Shown piece by piece: positions 57,086 through 64,000 of a stretch of DNA of 64,000 bases (within the stretch, counting starts at the first letter, position 1; every line of letters starts with the position of its first letter). A model generated the notes under the pieces. That model saw only the letters and a program-made list of their open reading frames with translations. It was not told the DNA's origin and searched no databases. The DNA lies in NCBI GenBank assembly GCA_027340875.1, contig DAIENX010000007.1, positions 32,001-96,000 on the forward strand, given 5' to 3'. Origin of the DNA: Elusimicrobiota bacterium. GTDB taxonomy: Bacteria; Elusimicrobiota; Elusimicrobia; Elusimicrobiales; UBA9959. Made by a program: the position numbers and the translations under genes.

Positions 57086-57817
57086 TCATTTCACCAGCTT
57101 CCTGATGCCCAGCAGGTCGAAGTAGTCGTAGAAACCAGGGCGGCGGGCCGCCGTCCAGACCGCGGCCTTGAGCGCGCCGGCCGCGAAAACCGCGCGGGAA
57201 TGCGCCATGTGTTTCAGCTCGACGCGCTCGTGCGGACCTGCGAAAAGGACCGTATGGTCGCCGACTATATCCCCGGCCCTGACGCTGGTCATAGGCGGGG
57301 GCTTCCCGCCGCGCGCGGCGGCTATGGCCGCGGCGAAACGCAGCGCGGTGCCGGAGGGGGCGTCCTTCTTGGCGGAGTGATGCGCCTCGTGAACGTGCAC
57401 GTCGAACCCGTGCAGCCGCCCGGCGGCGAACGCCGCCAGCGAGAAGCAGAGATTGACGGCCGGGCTCATGTTCGGAGAGAAGAAGACGGCGGTCCTGCGG
57501 GCCGCGGCCTTCAGCGAGGCGAGCTGCGCTCCGGAAAAGCCGGTAGTGCCCGTCACGAAAGGCTTGCGCGCCCCGGCGCAGGCGGCCGCGTAGGCGCAGG
57601 CGGCGGCCGGCGAGGAGAAATCCACCGCCACGTCAGCGGATGAGAGAAGGCCGGCGAAAGCGGCAGGGAGCTCTATGCCCTCGCCGCCCGCGGAATCTAC
57701 GCGGCCGGCCAGCTCGAAAGCCGGAGAGGACGCCATCTCTGCCGTCACGGCGCGGCCCATCCTGCCGGCGGCGCCGCTGACTAGCACGCGAAGAGCCTTC
57801 CTTTTCATGGATTCCAT
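57086..57817 (-). CDS. dapB: 4-hydroxy-tetrahydrodipicolinate reductase
   Basis: GAAGRMG, DFS, GTTG, EAHH..KKDAPSGTA, R.GDIVG.H. Confidence 0.95.
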   Translation of the reverse strand: MESMKRKALRVLVSGAAGRMGRAVTAEMASSPAFELAGRVDSAGGEGIELPAAFAGLLSSADVAVDFSSPAAACAYAAACAGARKPFVTGTTGFSGAQLASLKAAARRTAVFFSPNMSPAVNLCFSLAAFAAGRLHGFDVHVHEAHHSAKKDAPSGTALRFAAAIAAARGGKPPPMTSVRAGDIVGDHTVLFAGPHERVELKHMAHSRAVFAAGALKAAVWTAARRPGFYDYFDLLGIRKLVK

Positions 57818-57922
57818 TATAAATATTATAGGTTCTCGATTACAATAACGGCCGGCGGCCCTCCTTAACGATATCCTTTTTATTGGATTTGCCCGCGTTC
57901 TTTTGCTATCCTTTTTCCTGTC

Positions 57923-59152
57923 ATGGTATACCTGCTTTCGCTGGCGGTCGCAACACTTCTCATCGTCATCGGCGTCCTGCTGCGCAAGGTATACGAGCTT
58001 CGCCTGGACAAGCCGCCCGAATCCGCCAGCGGCACCGAGCTCTCCTTAAGGGCCACCTGGGGCAAGTTCGACGAGCTGCTGACCAGCCTGCTCACCATCC
58101 ACGAGATAGGCATAGTGAACGCCGGCACGATAAAGAAGGAGGAGTTCTACCAGACCGTGGTGGAATCCGCCTGCGAGCTGATAGCCTCGCCCCGCGGCTC
58201 GCTGATGATACACGACGCGCAGGCCGACGAGCTCCGCATAGCCGCCTCCAAGAACATTTCCCGCGAGGTCATCGAGAACACCCGCATAAAGCCGGGCCTC
58301 GGCATAGCCGGCCGAGCGTTCCAGACCGGGGAGACAATCTTCGTTACCGACCCGGCGCAGAACACCCAGTACAAGGATTTCATCGGCAAGGAGGAGCAGA
58401 AGGACCCCTTCATCGCGATACCGCTGAAGCTCAAGGAAAAGCCCTTCGGCGTGCTGAACCTCCACCTCTCCCGCGAGAAGGAATCCTTCACCGACTACGA
58501 CCTCAAATTCCTGACGCTCCTGGCCGGCGAGACCGCCATCACGCTCGAGAACATCAAGCTCTACGAGAGCCTCGAGAACTTCTACCTCGAGATGGTGCAG
58601 ACGCTCGCGCGCGTGATAGACGCGAAGGACTCCTATACCGGCGACCACGCGGGCCGCGCCCGCCAGAAGGCGCGGCGCCTCGCCGAGGAACTGCGCATGC
58701 CCGAGCAGATGATCCGCTACGTGGAGTACGCGGCCCTGCTGCACGATATCGGCAAGATAGGCATCGACGGCGCTATCCTCTCCAAGCCGGGCAAGCTGAC
58801 CAACGAGGAGTACGAGGAGATCAAGAAGCACCCGGCCATAGGCTACCAGATACTTTCCCCGATAAATTTCCTCGGGCCGGTGGCGCAGATGGTGCTCTAC
58901 CACCAGGAATGGTTCAACGGCATGGGCTACCCCGAGGGTCTCAAGGGCGAGGAGATCCCGCTGGGCGCGCGCATCGTGGCCACGATAGACGCCTGGGACG
59001 CCATGCGCAGCGACCGCCCCTACCGCAAGGCCCTCAGCGTGGATATCGCCGAGGACCAGCTGATCAAGGGCTCAAGCCGCCAGTTCGACCCCGACGTGGT
59101 CAAGGCCTTCCTGAAGCTGGAGAAGGCCGGCTGGCCCGAGTTCGAGAAATAG
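57923..59152 (+). CDS. TM-GAF-HD-GYP cyclic dinucleotide phosphodiesterase
   Basis: LLHDIGK, HQE..NG.GYP.GL.GE.IP, DAM..DRPYR; GAF-like middle region. Confidence 0.92.
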   Translation: MVYLLSLAVATLLIVIGVLLRKVYELRLDKPPESASGTELSLRATWGKFDELLTSLLTIHEIGIVNAGTIKKEEFYQTVVESACELIASPRGSLMIHDAQADELRIAASKNISREVIENTRIKPGLGIAGRAFQTGETIFVTDPAQNTQYKDFIGKEEQKDPFIAIPLKLKEKPFGVLNLHLSREKESFTDYDLKFLTLLAGETAITLENIKLYESLENFYLEMVQTLARVIDAKDSYTGDHAGRARQKARRLAEELRMPEQMIRYVEYAALLHDIGKIGIDGAILSKPGKLTNEEYEEIKKHPAIGYQILSPINFLGPVAQMVLYHQEWFNGMGYPEGLKGEEIPLGARIVATIDAWDAMRSDRPYRKALSVDIAEDQLIKGSSRQFDPDVVKAFLKLEKAGWPEFEK

Positions 59153-59165
59153 CCCGGAGGGCAAC

Positions 59166-59879
59166 GTGCTCTCCATAGTCCCCACACCGATAGGAAACCT
59201 GAAAGATATCACGCTGCGCGCGCTGGACGTCCTGCGCGAGGCCGACGCCGTCTTCTGCGAGGACACGCGCCGCACGCTGAACCTGCTGAACCATTTCGGC
59301 CTCTCCAAGAAGCTTTTCCGCTACAACGAGCACGACGAGCGGTCCGTGGCCGGCGCGATGGCCTGGCTCAAGTCCGGCAAGAGCGCCGCGCTCGTCACCG
59401 ACGGCGGCTCCCCCTGCATCTCCGACCCCGGCAAGAGGCTGGTCTCCCTGGCCCGCGCCAACGGCATAAAGGTCACGGCGCTGCCGGGCCCGTCGGCCGT
59501 CATCGCCGCCGCGGCCGGCTCGGGACTTCCCTGCGACTCCTTCGTTTTTTTGGGCTTCCTGCCCCGCTCGCGCGGGAAGATCCTCAAGGCGCTCAAGGCC
59601 GCTTTTTCCCTGAACAAGACCGTCATCCTTTTCGAGTCCCCGTACCGGCTGAAGAAGTTCCTGGCCATGGCGCGGGAGGAGTTCGGCCCGGGCCTGACGG
59701 AGGTGGTGGCCCGCGAAATAAGCAAGGTCTACGAGGAGTGGACCGGCGGCGCCATCGACGAGACCATCGCGAAGATCGAATCCGCCGGAGAGGTGAAGGG
59801 CGAGGTGGTGGTGCTGCTGCGGCCGCCCGAGGCAGCGGAAGAGGAGAGCGGCGGCTCCGAAGAGGAGGACCTGCCCTGA
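59166..59879 (+). CDS. rsmI: 16S rRNA C1402 2'-O-methyltransferase
   Basis: TPIGNL.DIT.RA, CEDTR, ISDPG, PGPSA, ESP.R, RE.SK..EE. Confidence 0.95.
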   Translation: MLSIVPTPIGNLKDITLRALDVLREADAVFCEDTRRTLNLLNHFGLSKKLFRYNEHDERSVAGAMAWLKSGKSAALVTDGGSPCISDPGKRLVSLARANGIKVTALPGPSAVIAAAAGSGLPCDSFVFLGFLPRSRGKILKALKAAFSLNKTVILFESPYRLKKFLAMAREEFGPGLTEVVAREISKVYEEWTGGAIDETIAKIESAGEVKGEVVVLLRPPEAAEEESGGSEEEDLP

Positions 59880-60334
59880 GGAAGGTCCTTTTCGTCTGCA
59901 CCGGCAATACCTGCCGCAGCGTGCTGGCCCACCGCTACGCCGCCCTGCTGGCCGGAAAGGAGGGCCTGCCGCTCGAGTTCTCCTCCGCCGGCCTTGCCGC
60001 CTCTCCGGACATCCCCCAGCCGCCCATAGTCGCGCAGCTGCTGGCGAAAGAAGGCGTCCCGCCCTACACCCACGTCCCGGTCCCGCTGACCGCCGAACTC
60101 GCCGCCGGCGCCGATCTGATACTGGGGATGACCCGGGCGCACAAGGCCGGCATAATCTCCTCCTTCCCCGGAGAGGAAAAGAAGACCTTCACGCTGCTGG
60201 AATACGCGGGCCTCGGGAGCGGCGACATCGCGGACCCGTTCGGCCTGGACGACGTCTTCTACTTCACTATCTTCAAGGCGATAAAATCGGCCGTAACGGC
60301 CTCGCTGGAGAGACTGAAAAAAGAAGTACAATGA
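59876..60334 (+). CDS. Low-molecular-weight protein Tyr/Arg phosphatase; probable CTG start
   Basis: VLFVCTGNTCRS, SAG, DIADPFG; GAGGAGG 7 nt before a CTG overlapping the rsmI TGA. Confidence 0.88.
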   Translation: MRKVLFVCTGNTCRSVLAHRYAALLAGKEGLPLEFSSAGLAASPDIPQPPIVAQLLAKEGVPPYTHVPVPLTAELAAGADLILGMTRAHKAGIISSFPGEEKKTFTLLEYAGLGSGDIADPFGLDDVFYFTIFKAIKSAVTASLERLKKEVQ

Positions 60335-60370
60335 ATTTGGTTTTACGCGGTCACCCAAGGAGAGACTAAA

Positions 60371-61621
60371 ATGTACGACGAGATAAAGAAGAGCGATCCC
60401 CAGCTTTACGCGGCGGTCAAGGGCGAGGTGCTGCGCCAGCAGAACAACCTCGAGCTGATAGCCTCCGAGAACTATACCTCCAGGGCCGTCCTCGAGGCCC
60501 TGGGCAGCGTCCTCACCAACAAGTACGCCGAAGGCTACCCCGGCAAGCGCTACTACGGCGGCTGCGAACACGTGGACGTGGCCGAGAAGCTCGCGATAGA
60601 CCGCGCCAAGAAGCTCTTCCACGCGGAGCACGCCAACGTGCAGCCGCATTCCGGCACGCAGGCCAACATCGCCGCCTATCTCTCGCTGATAGATCCCGGC
60701 GACACCGTGATGGGCCTGAACCTCAGCCACGGCGGCCACCTGTCGCACGGCCACCCGCTCAACTTCTCCGGCCGCTACTTCAAGATAGTCACGATGAACG
60801 TCAGCCAGGAGACCGAGCTGATAGACTACGAGGAAATGGAGAAGCTCATCGAGAAGCACCGCCCCAAGCTGATCATGGCCGGCGCCTCCAACTATTCCCG
60901 CAAATGGGACTGGGCCCGCATCAAGCGCGCCGCCGACGTCTGGAAGGCCTTCCTCGTCACCGATATAGCGCACTACGCGGGCCTTATCGCCGCCGGCATC
61001 TATCCGTCGCCGGTGGAGTACGCGGACATCGTCACCACTACCACGCACAAGACGCTGCGCGGCCCACGCGGCGGCCTGATCCTCTCCAAGGCCTGCTACG
61101 CCAAGAACGTGGACCGCACCAACTTCCCCGGCAACCAGGGCGGCCCGCTGATGCACGCGATAGCCGGCAAGGCCGTCTGCTTCAGGGAGGCCCTGAGCCC
61201 CAAATTCAAGGATTACCAGGTCCAGGTGCTCAAGAACGCCCGCAAGCTCGCGCGCGAGCTGCAGGGCCGCGGCTATCGCATAGTCTCCGGCGGCACTGAC
61301 TGCCACCTTCTCAGCGTGGACCTGCGCGCCAAGAACATAACCGGCCTCGAGGCCGAGAAGGCGCTGGACAAGGCCGGCATCACGGTGAACAAGAACACGA
61401 TACCCTACGACCCGCAGAAGCCGATGGTCACCAGCGGCATCCGCATAGGCTCGCCCGCCGTCACCACCCGCGGCATGAAGGAGAAGCAGATGGCCGTCAT
61501 CGCGGGCCTGCTGGACGAGGCCATCGCCCACAAGGACGACGACAAGGCGCTGAAAGGAATAAAGGAACAGGTGAAGCTGCTCTGCTCCGGCTTCCCGATG
61601 TACCCCGGTTTCGAGAACTAA
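60371..61621 (+). CDS. glyA: Serine hydroxymethyltransferase
   Basis: [37 protein letters not shown]. Confidence 0.98.
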   Translation: MYDEIKKSDPQLYAAVKGEVLRQQNNLELIASENYTSRAVLEALGSVLTNKYAEGYPGKRYYGGCEHVDVAEKLAIDRAKKLFHAEHANVQPHSGTQANIAAYLSLIDPGDTVMGLNLSHGGHLSHGHPLNFSGRYFKIVTMNVSQETELIDYEEMEKLIEKHRPKLIMAGASNYSRKWDWARIKRAADVWKAFLVTDIAHYAGLIAAGIYPSPVEYADIVTTTTHKTLRGPRGGLILSKACYAKNVDRTNFPGNQGGPLMHAIAGKAVCFREALSPKFKDYQVQVLKNARKLARELQGRGYRIVSGGTDCHLLSVDLRAKNITGLEAEKALDKAGITVNKNTIPYDPQKPMVTSGIRIGSPAVTTRGMKEKQMAVIAGLLDEAIAHKDDDKALKGIKEQVKLLCSGFPMYPGFEN

Positions 61622-61818
61622 CCTGAAAATTTCAGTTGAAATTTTCCGCCCGCATAGCGGGCGCCCTTCGGGAGGCATACACCTCCTCGGGCCTGGCGCG
61701 CATAGCGCTGGGCCCTCGGCCCGCTTCGCGGGGAATTCCGCAGAATAATTATGTTCACTGAATCTTCATAATGAAAACCATGTTGAACTGCGGAATTCAG
61801 GCTAAAGCCGCCTGAAAT

Positions 61819-61857
61819 AAAAAAAGCCGCGCTCCTTCAAGGGGCGCGGCTTTTTTT
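61819..61857. terminator. Bidirectional intrinsic terminator
   Basis: aaaaaaagccgcgc...gcgcggcttttttt between convergent glyA and clpB. Confidence 0.85.
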
Positions 61858-61870
61858 GCGGGCGGCTGAC

Positions 61871-64000
61871 TCAGGCTTTCCCGAACTCCATGCCATCCTT
61901 GCCGGCCGACACCTCCAGCCTGCCGCCCGGCTTTATCTCCCCGGCCAGCAGCTTCATCGCCAGCGGGTCCTGCACCAGCCGCTGCAGCGCGCGCTTCATA
62001 GGGCGGGCGCCGTACTGCGGGTCGTAGCCTTCCCTGAACAGCAGGTCGCGGGCCGACTTATCCAGCTCCAGCCCTAACCCCCGCTCCGCGAGCACCCTGC
62101 GCAGGCGCTCGAGCTGTATGTCTACCACCCGCGCTATCTCCGCCTTGCCCAGCGCGTTGAAGACCACGATCTCGTCGACGCGGTTGATGAACTCCGGCCT
62201 GAAGTGTTCCAGCAAACTGTCGCGCACCGCGCGCCTGACCTCCTCGCCCGGCTTCCCCGCGCTCTCGAGTATCATCCGCGAGGCGATGTTGGAGGTCATG
62301 ATGACTATAGTGTTCCGGAAGTCCACCGTGCGGCCCTTGCCGTCGGTGAGGCGCCCCTCGTCCAGCACCTGCAGCAGCACGTTGAAGACGTCCGGGTGCG
62401 CTTTCTCTATCTCATCGAACAGTATCACCGAGTACGGGCGCCGGCGCACGCGCTCGGTCAGCTGGCCGCCCTCATCGTAGCCCACGTAGCCGGGGGGCGC
62501 GCCTATCAGACGGGCCACCGCGTGCTTCTCCATATATTCCGACATGTCTATGCGCGTCAGCGCCTTCTCGTCGTCGAACAGGAATTCGGCCAGCGCGCGG
62601 GCGAGCTCGGTCTTGCCCACGCCGGTCGGACCCATGAAGATGAAGCTGCCTATCGGCCTGCCGCCCTCTGTCACGCCGGCGCGGCTGCGCCTGACGGCGT
62701 TGGCCACGAGCGACAGCGCCTCGTCCTGCCCCACCACGCGCGCGCGCAGCTTGTCCTCCATCTTCACCAGCTTGGCCATTTCTCCTTCCATCATGCGGGA
62801 AACCGGCACTCCGGTCCACTTGGAGACTATCTTCGCGATATCTTCCTCGTCGACCTCTTCCTTCAGCAGCGCCCCCTTGGATTGAAGTCCGGCGAGGTCG
62901 GCCTCGGCCTTCTCTATCTCCTTTTTCGCGGCGGGCAGCTTGCCGTATTGTATCTCCGCGGCCTTGTCCAGGTCTCCGCGGCGGCGGGCCGACTGCTCCT
63001 CGAGGTTCAGCGACTCCACGCTCTCCTTCAGGCCGCGCGCGCGGGAGATGAGGTCCGTCTCCCCCTTCCAGCGCAGCTTCAGCGCGCTCGCGCGCTCCTT
63101 CAGATCGGCAAGTTCCTTTTCCAGAGTCTTCAGGCGCGCCCTGGAAGCGGCGTCGCTCTCCTTCTTCAGCGCCTGGCGCTCCACCTCCAGCTGCAGCACC
63201 TTGTGCTCTAGCTGGTCCAGCTCGGCGGGCATCGAGTCTATCTCTATGCGCAACGCCGAGGCCGCCTCGTCCACGAGGTCTATGGCCTTGTCCGGCAGGA
63301 AGCGGTCCGTGATGTAGCGGTGCGACAGGCGCACGGCCGCTATGATGGCCGCGTCCTTGATGCGCACGCCGTGGTGGATCTCGTACTTCTCCTTGAGGCC
63401 GCGCAGTATCGCTATCGTCTCCTCGGGGCCGGGCTCGCCCACGTAGACCTGCTGGAAGCGGCGCTCGAGGGCCGCGTCCTTCTCGATGTATTTCTGGTAC
63501 TCGTTGAGCGTAGTGGCGCCTATGCAGCGCAGCTCGCCGCGCGCGAGCGCGGGCTTCAGCATGTTGGAGGCATCTATCGCGCCCTCGGCCGCCCCCGCGC
63601 CGACCAGGGTGTGCAATTCGTCGATGAAGAGTATCACGCCGCCTTCCGCCTTCTCGATCTCCTTGAGCACGGCCTTCAGCCTGTCCTCGAACTCGCCGCG
63701 GAACTTGGCGCCCGCGAGCATGGCGCCCAGGTCCAGCGCCACCAACTTCTTGTTCTTGAGCCCTTCGGGGACCGAGCCCGCGGCTATGCGCTGGGCTATG
63801 CCCTCCACGATGGCGGTCTTGCCCACTCCGGGCTCACCTATCAGCACCGGGTTGTTCTTGGTGCGGCGAGACAGCACCTGTATCACCCGGCGTACCTCCT
63901 CGTCGCGGCCGATCACCGGGTCCATCTTCCCCTTGCGGGCCGCGTCGGTCAGGTCTCGCGCGTACTTCTGCAGCGCCTGGTACTTGGCCTCCGGCTCCTG
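61871..64000 (-). CDS. clpB: ATP-dependent chaperone ClpB, 5' end outside the window
   Basis: Two AAA+ modules ([16 protein letters not shown]) with a long coiled-coil middle domain; frame open to the window end. Confidence 0.96.
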   Translation of the reverse strand, partial: QEPEAKYQALQKYARDLTDAARKGKMDPVIGRDEEVRRVIQVLSRRTKNNPVLIGEPGVGKTAIVEGIAQRIAAGSVPEGLKNKKLVALDLGAMLAGAKFRGEFEDRLKAVLKEIEKAEGGVILFIDELHTLVGAGAAEGAIDASNMLKPALARGELRCIGATTLNEYQKYIEKDAALERRFQQVYVGEPGPEETIAILRGLKEKYEIHHGVRIKDAAIIAAVRLSHRYITDRFLPDKAIDLVDEAASALRIEIDSMPAELDQLEHKVLQLEVERQALKKESDAASRARLKTLEKELADLKERASALKLRWKGETDLISRARGLKESVESLNLEEQSARRRGDLDKAAEIQYGKLPAAKKEIEKAEADLAGLQSKGALLKEEVDEEDIAKIVSKWTGVPVSRMMEGEMAKLVKMEDKLRARVVGQDEALSLVANAVRRSRAGVTEGGRPIGSFIFMGPTGVGKTELARALAEFLFDDEKALTRIDMSEYMEKHAVARLIGAPPGYVGYDEGGQLTERVRRRPYSVILFDEIEKAHPDVFNVLLQVLDEGRLTDGKGRTVDFRNTIVIMTSNIASRMILESAGKPGEEVRRAVRDSLLEHFRPEFINRVDEIVVFNALGKAEIARVVDIQLERLRRVLAERGLGLELDKSARDLLFREGYDPQYGARPMKRALQRLVQDPLAMKLLAGEIKPGGRLEVSAGKDGMEFGKA

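Overview
GC-rich diderm bacterial chromosome window; the gene complement is reminiscent of Elusimicrobiota (inference only). The left ~14 kb holds eight radical SAM genes in two loci. (1) A minus-strand, translationally coupled operon starts at a near-consensus sigma70 promoter and a ~190-nt structured leader. It runs: membrane-anchored protein, hxsD, hxsB, a His-Xaa-Ser repeat precursor (HxsA-like), a 12-Cys membrane-anchored protein, five more radical SAM genes, and a NifH-like protein fused to a nitrogenase component-1-like domain. The fusion is missing from the ORF track because it runs off the window edge. A B12-dependent radical SAM gene lies just upstream. (2) A divergent unit has a perfect TTGACA-N17-TATAAT promoter, an unannotated 36-aa peptide ending SRYCRSGRVLW, a long hairpin and a radical SAM/SPASM maturase, which is a candidate new RiPP. 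The rest is mostly housekeeping: barnase/barstar pair, PIN-PhoH, bamA-skp-lpxD-lpxC-fabZ-lpxA-lpxI...lpxB-msbA, a short RSH, a YejM-like protein, rlmN, an octaheme tetrathionate-reductase/YeeE sulfur module under duplicated YgaV/BigR-like repressors, thiolase/CoA-transferase/TetR, an ECF sigma locus with a repeated promoter motif, tRNA-Val(CAC) with an interrupted 3' duplicate, a Rieske-Grx-FTR-Rieske operon, two small basic proteins, dapB, HD-GYP, rsmI, glyA and partial clpB. All calls come from reading motifs by eye; no database searches were run.
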